Of a stretch of 59,305 nucleotides of DNA, positions 28,570 through 38,691 are shown piece after piece (within the stretch, counting starts at the first letter, position 1; every line of letters starts with the position of its first letter). The notes below the pieces were generated by a model, which was not told where the DNA came from, searched no databases, and was given only the letters and a program-made list of their open reading frames with translations. The DNA comes from an uncultured Candidatus Saccharibacteria bacterium (GTDB lineage: Bacteria > Patescibacteriota > Saccharimonadia > CAZHVB01): the NCBI GenBank assembly GCA_964600295.1, contig CAZRIY010000004.1, forward strand, positions 1-59,305, read 5' to 3'. The position numbers and the translations under genes were made by a program.

Positions 28570-29107
28570 TATCCTGCCTCCTGAGCTCAAGGCGCAAATT
28601 AACTATTCTAAGCGCAATTCGCTACTACTCAAACGGCTGGGCTGGGTTTGGCTAGTTGGTATTCTGCTGGCAGCACTGGTCATCGGCAGCTTGTGGTACG
28701 CCAACCGCCAAATAATGAATTACGAACAAACTTTGGCTGCCAGACGCGGCCAGCGGGCTGATTATCAAGCTATCGAAGTCAAGGTTCAATCCCTCCAAGC
28801 TAACCTGGGGCTAATTGAAAAACTCTTGAATGAAAAAACCCACTACTCCAATTTGCTCGGGGATTTGGCAGCGGCCCTGCCGACCGGTTCCTACATTACC
28901 CATATGAGTCTAACGGGTGATGATAAAAAGCCTCTGGAACTAGCGGTTAATGTCGATTCTTTCAATCGAGCTGCTGAGGTTAGAAATGGTTTGATTGGAT
29001 CTGCTCGTATTAAAAGTGCCGATATTCAAAGTATTGCCAAGAACGATGAAGGCAGTGGTTTTGTGGTGGCCATAGTGGCTGCCTTCGAAACGGGGCAAGC
29101 CCGATGA
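28562..29107 (+). CDS. pilN: PilN-like protein
   Basis: INILP motif, single TM, coiled coil, follows pilM. Confidence 0.85.
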   Translation: MINILPPELKAQINYSKRNSLLLKRLGWVWLVGILLAALVIGSLWYANRQIMNYEQTLAARRGQRADYQAIEVKVQSLQANLGLIEKLLNEKTHYSNLLGDLAAALPTGSYITHMSLTGDDKKPLELAVNVDSFNRAAEVRNGLIGSARIKSADIQSIAKNDEGSGFVVAIVAAFETGQAR

Positions 29108-29658
29108 AAGCCAAGCAGCTGTTCTGGGTAGTTGTGGCTTTGTTGGTGCTGAGCGTAGTGGGCGGGCTTGGCGGCTTTTGGCTTAGCCATCAAATGCTAG
29201 GTACCCGGATCACCAAATTGCAAAGATTAACGGGCGACATTTTGCTAGAGAATGACCAAATTAACCGGCTCAAGAAACTGGATGCTGACTATCGACAAAT
29301 TGAGCCCTTAGCCCAAAAGGTGGCTTCGGTCTTACCGGCCCAAAAAGCTCAGGCCGATGTAGTTGCCCAAATTGCTACCATCGTCCGCAACAATGGTTTG
29401 GAGCTCGGGGGCTTAACTTTTGAATCTACTAAGGGTTTGCCGGATGAGCGCTCTCAAACCCAAGCCGGGTCACTGTCTGGTATTTTAATCATGCCAGTTC
29501 GCTTTCAGACTACCAGTAGTTATGCCCAGTTACAGTCAATGCTGCTTAACTTTGAGCAACAACAGCGCTTCATGCGCGTCAGTACTTTGGAAATCAGTCG
29601 CTCGGACAAGGGCCAACTTTTGGCGAATATAACTTTGGAGGTATTTTTGAAGCCATGA
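29104..29658 (+). CDS. pilO: PilO-like protein
   Basis: TM plus coiled coil, VLP, SY..L...L..FE...RF pattern. Confidence 0.8.
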   Translation: MKAKQLFWVVVALLVLSVVGGLGGFWLSHQMLGTRITKLQRLTGDILLENDQINRLKKLDADYRQIEPLAQKVASVLPAQKAQADVVAQIATIVRNNGLELGGLTFESTKGLPDERSQTQAGSLSGILIMPVRFQTTSSYAQLQSMLLNFEQQQRFMRVSTLEISRSDKGQLLANITLEVFLKP

Positions 29659-29924
29659 AGCAGAAACTGCTAGCCGGGTTTATTAAGTATCGTTTGAGTC
29701 TAATCTGGCTGCTGCTACTGGGTCTTTTTGGTTACAGTCTATTTCGGCTAGGCGCCATTAGTAATCCCGCGGCTGATCCCGCCTATCTCAAGGATCAGCA
29801 AAAGACTCAGGCTACTAAGTTTGAGATCAAAGATAGTTTGCGCAGCCAACTCGAGCAGCTGGTGGATACGCCGGTTGACACCCGGCCCCAGGGTTTGGGC
29901 CGTCCCGACCCCTTCAATCCTTAG
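29655..29924 (+). CDS. small pilus accessory protein (PilP-like)
   Basis: N-terminal TM, C-terminal GRPDPF motif. Confidence 0.65.
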   Translation: MKQKLLAGFIKYRLSLIWLLLLGLFGYSLFRLGAISNPAADPAYLKDQQKTQATKFEIKDSLRSQLEQLVDTPVDTRPQGLGRPDPFNP

Positions 29925-30460
29925 TTTTGTGGCGCGTGGGTTTTTTCGTATTCCTCTTGAGCATCGTTGACTATTTTGGCTGCCAGATGAGGGCCTTTGG
30001 CCAGCTTAAAAGTAAAGTTATTTTGTTCACCAGCCGTCTCAATAACTAGTGTCCCAAAATTGAATAGACTTTCCAAGATATTCCGCTGTTTGACGGTCAC
30101 CTCTTGGATCTGGTTCAAATTAATCTGCGAGATATCTTGATTGAAAAGGCTGCGCTTAGTAACATCAATAATCCGCTCGTTCGTAATCTGCAGCCGGTTG
30201 CCTAGGTAAACGCTTATCATCACTACCAGTAGTAGGGCCACCAAAATCACCAAACCAATTACGCCAAGGATAGCTAAACCTACCGGCACCGACTCAGCCA
30301 GCGAATCACGGAAGCGCGCCATCAAATAAACAGCCGTCAATACCCCGAAGAAAACGATAACGCCGCTGGCTATCAGCGGCACCAAACCAATTTTGGTTCG
30401 CCTGATTTCATGCAGGATTTGCTCCCCTGGTTCTAGTTCAAGAATTTGATGGTGGGGCAT
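29921..30460 (-). CDS. bacterial PH-domain membrane protein
   Basis: LEPGEQI, two TMs, ITNERII, IQEV, FNFGTLVIETAG; start at ATG 30460 after TATAAT. Confidence 0.88.
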   Translation of the reverse strand: MPHHQILELEPGEQILHEIRRTKIGLVPLIASGVIVFFGVLTAVYLMARFRDSLAESVPVGLAILGVIGLVILVALLLVVMISVYLGNRLQITNERIIDVTKRSLFNQDISQINLNQIQEVTVKQRNILESLFNFGTLVIETAGEQNNFTFKLAKGPHLAAKIVNDAQEEYEKTHAPQN

Positions 30461-30588
30461 ATCTAAATTATAACGGCTTGGGCGAGCACCAGCGAGCTCA
30501 AACGGCTTCAAGCTGCTCTCTCCGGCAGACTGGTTATTTTGGTTATAGCCGTTGAAAACTATAAAGGCTTTCGGATTTTTATTGCAGC

Positions 30589-31725
30589 TTATATAGTCAA
30601 TCTAGTAGCCTGAACATATTGGCTTGGGCTAGCAATCTGGGCAGACTGGGTATACAGTCCAAATCCAATTCGATCAATATCGATCTTGGCCAGTTCGGCA
30701 GTTTTAATCTCCAAACCAGCGGCGTGCTGGTTAATCAATTTCCAAACTCTTAGTAGGGTGATTTTGGCTTGGGGTAGCGCGGGACAGCCAAGGAACCGTG
30801 GGTCCAGACTAATAAAGTTGTTGAACCATTCAAGCCGTAATCCCATAGTCAGTGGCTGTTTTTGGAGTAACTGGTTGATTAATACCTTGGCGGCCGGACG
30901 ATAAAGCTTGATGTCGGCGGACCGGGCATAGTTCAGACCGAACAAGACTGCTAAGGTTAACTGGCAATGGGCCAGCCACCAGGCACTTCTGGCAGCGGCT
31001 AAACTTTGCTCCTTCACCACAGTTGATAATAACGAAGCTGCAGGCGTTTCGAGTTTGGGTTGCCAGTCCGCACTAAATCGTGCCGCTAACGCCAGGTGGG
31101 CTCGATCTAAAAAATTTGTCGATAAATGGGCCTGGACAAGCTCTACCAGTCTGATCAATTTTACTACTCCATCGTTATCAAGTTGGTCCGTTAACAGGCT
31201 GTTGGCGTACCAAGCAAGCCAGTCGGCCTGCCAGACGGATAGTGACGGCCGTGGTGTTTGCCAAATTGTTGGTTGGGCCGAAAAAACGCCGGAGCGAATA
31301 TTAATCAAACTCAGTTTCAAATCCAGATGGGCAGATAGACGTTTTGAGTTACTACCATAGGTCCAGTCCAATTGCTGTTGGTCGCCATAAACTGAAGTGG
31401 GACGTACCCACCCTGAGTGAGTACGCAATAGCTGGCGCCAGGAGGTAGCTGGTAATCTTCGCAAATTTCCGCCCAATAAACGATTTGGTCTTACATCTTG
31501 GAGATTTGGGAGTTTTATTAAGATTTGATTAGTCTTAACTTTAGCCTGGTTTGCCGGGAACCAATTGGCCGGAATCGCCTGTTTTGACCCGATAAAATCG
31601 GCATGGGCATTGGCCAGCCACCAATGTCCGAAATTGGCTTCCAGCCAGACTCCAAGCTGGGGGTAATAGCTATAGCTAATCGGCTTAGAGAAGCTGGTCT
31701 TGTGCTTTTGAGCTACTTTTGGCAT
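30589..31725 (-). CDS. hypothetical protein
   Basis: 378-aa Trp/Leu-rich ORF overlapping the ruvB end; no family recognised. Confidence 0.55.
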   Translation of the reverse strand: MPKVAQKHKTSFSKPISYSYYPQLGVWLEANFGHWWLANAHADFIGSKQAIPANWFPANQAKVKTNQILIKLPNLQDVRPNRLLGGNLRRLPATSWRQLLRTHSGWVRPTSVYGDQQQLDWTYGSNSKRLSAHLDLKLSLINIRSGVFSAQPTIWQTPRPSLSVWQADWLAWYANSLLTDQLDNDGVVKLIRLVELVQAHLSTNFLDRAHLALAARFSADWQPKLETPAASLLSTVVKEQSLAAARSAWWLAHCQLTLAVLFGLNYARSADIKLYRPAAKVLINQLLQKQPLTMGLRLEWFNNFISLDPRFLGCPALPQAKITLLRVWKLINQHAAGLEIKTAELAKIDIDRIGFGLYTQSAQIASPSQYVQATRLTI

Positions 31726-32707
31726 ATCCCAGATGCTGATAGGTCTTGGCTGTTACCTTGCGGCCTCGTGGAGTTCGTTCTAGCAAGCCGATCTTCATTA
31801 GATATGGTTCATAGACGTCTTCGACTGTAGCCCTATCTTCCGACACCAAGGCCGCCACAGTTTCTACACCCACTGGTCCGCCACCATGTTTTTCAATTAC
31901 AGCCCTTAACAGTTGGCGATCGGCAGGCTCGAGCCCAAGTTCGTCAATTTCTAACATAGCCAAGGCTTTCTTGGCCAGTTCTGGAGTAATTATATTGTCT
32001 CCCTCAACCTGAGCCAGATCGCGTACCCGGCGCAGCAAGCGATTGGCAACCCGGGGAGTTAGCCTGGCCCTTTGAGCAATGATAGCGGCAGCAGCTTTGG
32101 GCAGTTTGACCTTAAAAATCCGGGCCGAGCGGCTTAAGATTTGCTCGATTTCGGGCTGGCTATAGAATTCCAATCGATGCACCATTCCAAATCGATCACG
32201 CAGAGCATTGGATAGGGAACCTACGCGAGTCGTGGCACCGATGATCGTAAATTTCGGCAAATCAAGTTTGAGCGAACGGGCGGAGGGACCTTTGCCCACA
32301 ATAATGTTTAAATGAAAATCTTCCATGGCTGGATAGAGAATTTCCTCTACCGTGCGGGGCAGGCGGTGGATTTCATCAATGAACAGAATTTCGTGTTCCC
32401 CCATATTGGTTAGCAACGATGCTAAATCGCCAGCGCGTTCGATGGCTGGTCCGGAAGTTACCCTAAGATTGGTATTGATTTCTTTGGCAATAACCCCGGC
32501 TAGAGTGGTTTTACCTAGCCCAGGAGCACTGTAGAGCAAAACATGGTCAATTGGCTCCTGGCGTTGTTTGGCGGCAGAAATAGCTAAACGTAAATTTCGT
32601 TTAACCGTAGCCTGACCAACGTAGGAATCGAAATCTACCGGGCGTAAATTCGCGTCTTCGACTTCAGGTTCCTCACCGGCACGGTTATCCAAGATGCGCT
32701 CGATCAC
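31685..32707 (-). CDS. ruvB: Holliday junction branch migration helicase RuvB
   Basis: [31 protein letters not shown]. Confidence 0.98.
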   Translation of the reverse strand: MIERILDNRAGEEPEVEDANLRPVDFDSYVGQATVKRNLRLAISAAKQRQEPIDHVLLYSAPGLGKTTLAGVIAKEINTNLRVTSGPAIERAGDLASLLTNMGEHEILFIDEIHRLPRTVEEILYPAMEDFHLNIIVGKGPSARSLKLDLPKFTIIGATTRVGSLSNALRDRFGMVHRLEFYSQPEIEQILSRSARIFKVKLPKAAAAIIAQRARLTPRVANRLLRRVRDLAQVEGDNIITPELAKKALAMLEIDELGLEPADRQLLRAVIEKHGGGPVGVETVAALVSEDRATVEDVYEPYLMKIGLLERTPRGRKVTAKTYQHLGYAKSSSKAQDQLL

Positions 32708-33270
32708 TTTGCCGCCTCTTTAAGTGCTAACTTAATGCGTTCTTCGTCGGTTTTGATATCTGGGGGGACAGCGGCGGTGGCGGCTTGGGCGGTTTGAGCC
32801 GAATAGCCCAGCTGCCGCAAAGCTTCGTAAACTACATTACCCCTGAATTGGGAGGACAGCAGCCTAGCCCCACCCATCACTTTATTGCGCAGTTCCACTA
32901 TGATACGGGCGGCGGTGCGGTCACCAACACCCGACACTCCGCGCAGAATTTCACCATTTTCTGTGGCAATGGCGGATCTAACATCATCAGCAGATACCGC
33001 CGATAGGATCGTCAGTCCCATTTTGGGACCTACTCCAGAAACGCTAATTAACTGTTCGAACAGTAATTTGGTTTCGGGTTGGACAAACCCATAGAGATCA
33101 CTAGCATCTTCACGCAGGTGCTGATAGATGAACAGCTTGAGGTTTTGGCCAACCGTGGCTTTAACAAAGTCGGGGGCGGTTAACCTAACTTCGTAGCCGA
33201 TACCATTCACTTCCAAAATAATACTATCGGCCAGTACGTGGCTGGTCTTTCCGCTGAGAGTAGCAATCAT
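32704..33270 (-). CDS. ruvA: Holliday junction branch migration protein RuvA
   Basis: MIATLSG, GIGYEV, LYGF, VSGVGPK HhH. Confidence 0.96.
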   Translation of the reverse strand: MIATLSGKTSHVLADSIILEVNGIGYEVRLTAPDFVKATVGQNLKLFIYQHLREDASDLYGFVQPETKLLFEQLISVSGVGPKMGLTILSAVSADDVRSAIATENGEILRGVSGVGDRTAARIIVELRNKVMGGARLLSSQFRGNVVYEALRQLGYSAQTAQAATAAVPPDIKTDEERIKLALKEAAK

Positions 33271-33277
33271 GCCCTAA

Positions 33278-33751
33278 TTATGATTTGAGCGTGGCTGAAT
33301 GACAAATGGCGATAGCCAAAGCATCGGCTGCATCATCGGGTCGGGGAATATCGGATAGTTTCAATAATTTCTTAACCATTTCCTGAATCTGTTTTTTGTC
33401 GGCACGCCCATAGCTAGTTATGGCCTGCTTGACTTGCAATGGTGTGTATTCCGTTACCGGTAAATGGTGTTGAGCGGCAAGCAGCAAGATCACCCCCCGA
33501 GCATGGCTAACCGACATAGCGGTGGACACATTAGCGGCAAAGTAAAGCAGCTCAACCGCCATTTGCGCAGGCCGGTATTGACTGATTATTTGACCAATCT
33601 CCTCATAGATTGTGGCCAGTCGACCTGCCAAGGGTTCTCCCGCGGGCGTTTTGACTACACCCGCTGCCACAAACTCAATACTCCCCTTGCTGGCCTCGAT
33701 CAGCCCAAAACCGGTAGTTGCTGTACCAGGATCGATTCCTAGAATATGCAT
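33278..33751 (-). CDS. ruvC: crossover junction endodeoxyribonuclease RuvC
   Basis: ILGIDPG, EYTP.QVK, DDAADALA. Confidence 0.97.
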   Translation of the reverse strand: MHILGIDPGTATTGFGLIEASKGSIEFVAAGVVKTPAGEPLAGRLATIYEEIGQIISQYRPAQMAVELLYFAANVSTAMSVSHARGVILLLAAQHHLPVTEYTPLQVKQAITSYGRADKKQIQEMVKKLLKLSDIPRPDDAADALAIAICHSATLKS

Positions 33752-33754
33752 CGT

Positions 33755-34492
33755 CTAGGCCATTTCCAGAAGTTCGGCCGGCATATCAAAGTTGCTATAA
33801 GTGGCAGTAACATCATCTAGATCTTCCAGGCCCGACATTAGCTTGAGAATTTTGCTGGCTTGGGCCGGGTTGGTCACCAGCACCGGCTGTTTGGGGACAA
33901 AACTTAATTCGGCAGAAATCAGCTGCAGGCCGGCGGTCTGTAATTTGGATTGAACAGTGTCTAGGCGCTTGGGATCGGTGTAAATACTCAGTACCCCACC
34001 ATCAACCTCAACATCCTCGGCTCCGGCATCAATAGCGGATAAACTAGCTGTCTCAGTATCAACTGGTTCCAATTGGATCACACCCTTTTGGTCAAATTGA
34101 TAGGTTACCGCTCCAGGCTCGGCAATTGATCCACCATGCTTATTAAAAATTGTCCGGACATCAGCGTACGTTCGATTCTTATTATCGGTAGCACAGTTAA
34201 CTATGATCGCCACACCTCCCGGTCCATAACCTTCATAAGTTGTCTCTTCTAGCTGAACTTCACCGGCGGTGCCGGCTCCCCTGGCAATGGCCTTATCGAT
34301 GCTAGCATTGGGCATATTAACCGTCCTCGCCTTATCGACTGTCAGCCGCAATTTAAAATTGCTACCAGGGTCACTACCTCCCCGAGCGGCTATGGCAATT
34401 GCCTTGGCTAGTTTGGTGAAAGTTTGTCCACGTTTGGCATCGACGGCACCTTTTTTGCGCCTAATAGTGGACCACTTGGAATGGCCTGACAT
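33755..34492 (-). CDS. yebC: YebC/PmpR family protein
   Basis: MSGHSKW start, YEGYGPGG, TDN.NRT. Confidence 0.96.
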   Translation of the reverse strand: MSGHSKWSTIRRKKGAVDAKRGQTFTKLAKAIAIAARGGSDPGSNFKLRLTVDKARTVNMPNASIDKAIARGAGTAGEVQLEETTYEGYGPGGVAIIVNCATDNKNRTYADVRTIFNKHGGSIAEPGAVTYQFDQKGVIQLEPVDTETASLSAIDAGAEDVEVDGGVLSIYTDPKRLDTVQSKLQTAGLQLISAELSFVPKQPVLVTNPAQASKILKLMSGLEDLDDVTATYSNFDMPAELLEMA

Positions 34493-34531
34493 ACAAATAG
34501 CGTACAAGAGTTCGGGGTGGGGGGTCTAGCG

Positions 34532-35458
34532 TCAGGGAATCAACGAGGCGAAAACTACGGTGTTATGGCTATAAGCACCACTGGTGCGGCTAAATTGGCC
34601 ACTGCAAGTTATTAGACGCAAACTAGCGTAGTCGGTATTGCCGTAGACCTCGTTGGTGGGAAAGGCTGACTGATCAAACTGCTTAAGTGAATCAACTCTA
34701 AATTTGACCGTTACTCCGTCGGAGCGGTCGACTTCAATTTCGTCACCGGGTTTTAGCTGTCCCAGGCGGTAAAATACAGCAGCTCCCAAATAATTATCAA
34801 CGTGGCCAACAATAACGGCGGGCCCAATTTGGCCAGGCGTGGGCGCGTATCGGTACCAACCGGCTACATCGTACTCCTTGGGGACTTCCATGGAGCCATC
34901 GGCCTGTTTACCCAATTCGACAAAACCGGTATTTACAGCGATGACTGGAATCCGCAGCTGTTTGGGTGCAGAGCGGGGCATGCCCCGGGGTTCAACCTGC
35001 ACATCTAGTGGAATGGGTGGAGTGGCAATTGAGGAGGTGGTAGCAGGTGGTGGTACTTCAGCCCTAATCACTTGTAAGCCAAAAAGAACCGAACCGATTA
35101 GACCGCCAACAATTAAGATTAATACTAATGCCGCTTGCAGTCGCAACGGAATTATTAGCTCACGCGGACCAGATCTGGTTTTGGTTTTGGGGCGGGAGCG
35201 TCTGATAACTGTTTTTGGTTTGGGCGCAAACAGTAAAACCTCCAAGACTTTTCGCCTGGTCAGTGAAATAGCCAGGGGCTTCCGGGGCTTGGTCACCTTT
35301 CGGGTGGGATTCCGGGGTGGAAAGAACTGGATAGCCAATACTCTATGGCGCCTGGGGTTTGACCCAGGGCGGCTTGATTTAGTCTTGGTCTTGACAGATG
35401 AGGACAGTCCGCCTAGAGCGGACTGTCCTTTCCGTCGTTTGGTTGGGCGTTTAGCCAC
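34532..35458 (-). CDS. class F sortase with long basic N-terminal extension
   Basis: TM helix, AGWY, PG..G.AVIVGHVD, LRLITC catalytic motif. Confidence 0.9.
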   Translation of the reverse strand: MAKRPTKRRKGQSALGGLSSSVKTKTKSSRPGSNPRRHRVLAIQFFPPRNPTRKVTKPRKPLAISLTRRKVLEVLLFAPKPKTVIRRSRPKTKTRSGPRELIIPLRLQAALVLILIVGGLIGSVLFGLQVIRAEVPPPATTSSIATPPIPLDVQVEPRGMPRSAPKQLRIPVIAVNTGFVELGKQADGSMEVPKEYDVAGWYRYAPTPGQIGPAVIVGHVDNYLGAAVFYRLGQLKPGDEIEVDRSDGVTVKFRVDSLKQFDQSAFPTNEVYGNTDYASLRLITCSGQFSRTSGAYSHNTVVFASLIP

Positions 35459-35476
35459 GAGTTTCTTGCTCCCTGG

Positions 35477-35938
35477 CTAAAGTACGTGCTTGCGTAAGCG
35501 GTACAAACCGTAGGCAGCACTGGCTAGCGAACCGCTGAAGCCAAACAATGGAGCAGCTGCGGCACCGGCACCGGCCTTTACAGCTCCTTCAGGAGCTTGG
35601 ACCTGCTGTACTACCGTTGTTCGCTCAATCACACAGGTTGGCGAAAAGTTGGCCGTCTGGCTGCTACTGTTGCCCTGAGTAACAGTATTGCTATTGTTAG
35701 CAGTACCCAGAATAGCAGTCGCATCGTTGCCGTTCTGGTCATTGTCGTTGTCCAGTACAGCTACCTGCGTGGGTACAAAAATACCACTGCAGTTACCACT
35801 AACTGTGGTAGTAGTGTTACCAACATTATTTAAGTTGTTGTTGGTGGTTTGCGCATGAGCAGCTGAAGGCATCCCCAAGCCTACGGCTGCAGCCATGAAC
35901 AAGCCCACGGCACTTAGTAAATATTTAGTTCTGGACAT
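35477..35938 (-). CDS. secreted Asn/Thr/Gln-rich probable sortase F substrate
   Basis: AGGAGGAGG RBS, signal peptide ending AHA, C-terminal PEGAVKAG plus hydrophobic stretch and basic tail. Confidence 0.75.
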   Translation of the reverse strand: MSRTKYLLSAVGLFMAAAVGLGMPSAAHAQTTNNNLNNVGNTTTTVSGNCSGIFVPTQVAVLDNDNDQNGNDATAILGTANNSNTVTQGNSSSQTANFSPTCVIERTTVVQQVQAPEGAVKAGAGAAAAPLFGFSGSLASAAYGLYRLRKHVL

Positions 35939-36060
35939 AATCGTCCTCCTCCTCATTAAAGTAACTCTATATCCTTCAATATATTTCCATTCTCTGACCT
36001 TTGTCAATACAATTTACTCTATACCAAGCCATAATCGTAAGCGTTTAACACACTATCTGG

Positions 36061-36660
36061 CTACTCGATGATGGTATAAGTGTTCAGTCTGGTCTTATCT
36101 AAACGTCGATGTATGGCAATGATTATTAGCAACAGTAAGCCATAAATCAGTACCAATTGAGTTGTAGTAAGACTAAGTCTGGTAGCCGCCCAAGGTAAGT
36201 CTGCTAGTCGCTCAATAGCAATAACTACAAAAGTTAAAACGGCCAGAGCCGGCCAGGCTATCCAGGCCGCAATGCCCATTATGGCCATGCCCGCTATCCC
36301 AGCCACAAAGGTTAAAAGCATAGCCAGAGGAATGAGGGGTAAAACTATGGAATTGGCCAGCGGGGCAACTAGGGAGGCTTGGCCAAATATAAAAACAATT
36401 AGGGGTAGAGTCATTAGTTGTGCCGCCAATGTTTCCATCACTAGCTGTAGCCATGCCCGTGGCTGGCGACCACCAAACCAGCGCGCTACTACTAAAGGCG
36501 ATAGCACCATTACCCCAAAGAATGTCAGAAAAGATAAGTACCGGCCCAAACTGACCAGTACCGTAAAGGCGGTGATAGCTATTAGCTGCCAGGCGATTAC
36601 CAATCCCCTACCACCCATCCATAATCCAACCAAAGCAGTAGCCGCGGTTAGCTGAACCAA
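36061..36660 (-). pseudogene. comEC: ComEC/Rec2 fragment (apparent internal deletion)
   Basis: LSFL.FFG, ETLAAQLMTLP and SLVAPLAN..VLP C-terminal Competence-domain motifs; only 199 codons, SG.H core absent, in-frame stop just upstream. Confidence 0.6.
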
Positions 36661-36709
36661 GGTGGTTCTTGACCATCCCTTGCCTGACTGCTAGACCATG
36701 GTTTACAAA

Positions 36710-37150
36710 CTACTTATTACTTATTCTTTCGAATAACCCGCGACGGTGTTTTTCCTTAGTCACTTGATGATTTAGTGCATCGGTAGTTTTGGTGGCATTA
36801 GCTAGGTGAAGCTGGCGGAAATGTTCATCCATTAGTTTGATCTGCTCATCAGTCATCTCCTCAAGATCAATCAAATCATCCCGCGCGCTGCGGCTGGCCC
36901 TTAGTAACTCATCTAGTTTTAGCTGCATGGCTTTGGCATCGCGGTTCTGGGTATTTTGGATCAAAAAGACCATTAGAAAGGTCACGATGGTAGTTCCGGT
37001 ATTGATAACCAACTGCCAGGTATCAGAGAAATTAAAAATAGGACCGGTAGTAGCCCAAACCACCACAATCAGCAAAGCCAACAGAAAGGTGACTGGAGAA
37101 CCCACGCGGGCCGAAATCCTGACCGCTAGACGATGAAAAAATTCATTCAT
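36710..37150 (-). CDS. low-affinity iron permease (Fet4-like) family protein
   Basis: FSDTWQLVINTGTTIVTFLMVFLIQNTQNRD..A.QLKLDEL. Confidence 0.93.
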   Translation of the reverse strand: MNEFFHRLAVRISARVGSPVTFLLALLIVVVWATTGPIFNFSDTWQLVINTGTTIVTFLMVFLIQNTQNRDAKAMQLKLDELLRASRSARDDLIDLEEMTDEQIKLMDEHFRQLHLANATKTTDALNHQVTKEKHRRGLFERISNK

Positions 37151-37187
37151 TGGATTTGCTCAAGAACTAGCCTAATCATAGCACCCA

Positions 37188-37763
37188 TCAGAGGATAATT
37201 ACCGAAGCAATGGCAAAATAGATTACTAGACTGACTAAATCTTGAATAGCGGTGGTAAAAGGGCCAGCACCAACTGCCGGATCAACCTTTTTAAAACGTT
37301 GCAGCAGGGTGGGGATAAGCAGGGCCAGCAGTGCCGCCGTAGTAATGCTGCCCAACATCGCTAAGCCAACGGTCAGGGCGATAGTTGGCGAATCTAACCA
37401 AATCATGGCAAATAGCCCCAACAGCAATCCGCTGGCCGAACCGATGATTAGTCCCAACAAAAGCTCCTTGATAAGATACACCGACAATTTAATTTTTTCC
37501 CGATGGCGGCTGAGGTTGCGAATATATATAGTTTCGGTCTGGGTGCCCACCGCATCGCTCATATAAACAATAATCGGGATGAAGAAAGCCAAACTGACTT
37601 GGTTGGCCAAGACCTTCTCAAATTGGGAAACCACCAAAGTAATGATTGCTCCCACCCCTAAGCCAACCAGCAGCCAGGGCAAACGCAAACGAACCAGCAG
37701 CCCAACCTCTTCGGTGGCATCGTCTGCATAAATATAATGCTCTAGGTAGCGCCGTCTCATCAA
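37188..37763 (-). CDS. MgtE-type Mg2+ transporter, membrane domain only
   Basis: RLPWL, LAFFIP, GTQT, DPA..AGPF.T..QD. Confidence 0.88.
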   Translation of the reverse strand: MMRRRYLEHYIYADDATEEVGLLVRLRLPWLLVGLGVGAIITLVVSQFEKVLANQVSLAFFIPIIVYMSDAVGTQTETIYIRNLSRHREKIKLSVYLIKELLLGLIIGSASGLLLGLFAMIWLDSPTIALTVGLAMLGSITTAALLALLIPTLLQRFKKVDPAVGAGPFTTAIQDLVSLVIYFAIASVIIL

Positions 37764-37819
37764 TTAATTGTATAGCCAAACCCCCGAGAAGTGCTAACGG
37801 CTCTACCTTAATGTCAGAT

Positions 37820-38335
37820 TTAGACTACAGCTGGTTCCAGGCGATGGGCTAAAGCCTCGAAAACAGTAACTGCTTCCTCGGTTAGGTCAGCGTCTGGCAT
37901 TTCTTCATCGTTAAAAAACAGTTTCCCTTTAAAGTCGGCAATTTGAGCCTCAATCGTGCCTGCCTGACTTTGGTACATTAATTTAGAAAACTCATAGCGA
38001 TCAGATTCAGAAATCGCCGTATCATTAAACGGCTCATCATCTTCTCTAACTTGGCGCTTGATTTCTACTTCAGAGCCATCGGTGTATTTGAGGTGTAAGC
38101 GTGCCTCACCAAAGCGGCTTAGGTATGGAAAAGTCTTTGATTGATCGAGCTGCATAGGCTGGAATTCGATCTTTACGGGAGTGTCCGGCTTACCAGCTTC
38201 GAGACGCTCGATTGCCTGATGGAGTTTATCGATATCGTCGTTAAGTAACCTGCTTACGATCTTACCAGCCTGCTGGGCGCGATCGATTAATTCTTCTGGT
38301 GAAGTTGTGGTAAGACCAGTTTGTTGCTCAGTCAT
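37820..38335 (-). CDS. hypothetical acidic protein
   Basis: 171-aa ORF with TATACT just upstream. Confidence 0.6.
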   Translation of the reverse strand: MTEQQTGLTTTSPEELIDRAQQAGKIVSRLLNDDIDKLHQAIERLEAGKPDTPVKIEFQPMQLDQSKTFPYLSRFGEARLHLKYTDGSEVEIKRQVREDDEPFNDTAISESDRYEFSKLMYQSQAGTIEAQIADFKGKLFFNDEEMPDADLTEEAVTVFEALAHRLEPAVV

Positions 38336-38394
38336 TTAACGATAGTATAAACTTTCTTCTCTGGGGTGCAAGCATGAGAATTTACTTCAGTTTC

Positions 38395-38530
38395 TGGAGG
38401 GCCCCGCCTTACGGCAGGCAGGCTGGAGGGATTACTTTGTATATCCGTCACCGTCCTCGAAGCAAGTCTTCTGTGGGCGCTAGCCTGTTATCCGAACCCG
38501 CCCTCCGGGCAATCGGGTTCTCATCGAGAT
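38395..38530 (-). repeat. interrupted duplicate of the tRNA-Lys 3' half
   Basis: TGGAGGGC+[20-bp insert]+CTGGAGGGATT+[59-bp insert]+CGAACCC reconstitutes the tRNA-Lys 3' end. Confidence 0.7.
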
Positions 38531-38566
38531 CTTTCAGAAATCTCGGCTGAAGCCGATCGAAATTTC

Positions 38567-38643
38567 TGGAGGGCCTGGAGGGACTCGAACCCTCGACACG
38601 CGGCTTAAAAGGCCGCTGCTCTAACCAACTGAGCTACAGGCCC
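38567..38643 (-). tRNA. tRNA-Lys(TTT)
   Basis: Cloverleaf nearly identical to 30-106 but with TTT anticodon; encoded CCA. Confidence 0.96.
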
Positions 38644-38691
38644 GCGTCGGGCTATATTAGCTAGACTATCTAATTTTAGCAACAAGCTGAG

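Noticed and set aside
34839-35480. 213-aa plus-strand ORF and similar long antisense ORFs (9965-10471, 23744-24196, 27889-28431, 53374-53823)
   Set aside because: They lie almost entirely opposite well-supported genes and have no motifs
30-38643. Near-identical tRNA-Lys genes as attL/attR of a 38-kb element
   Set aside because: Both are complete tRNAs with different anticodons, the interval is mostly core genes, and there is no integrase
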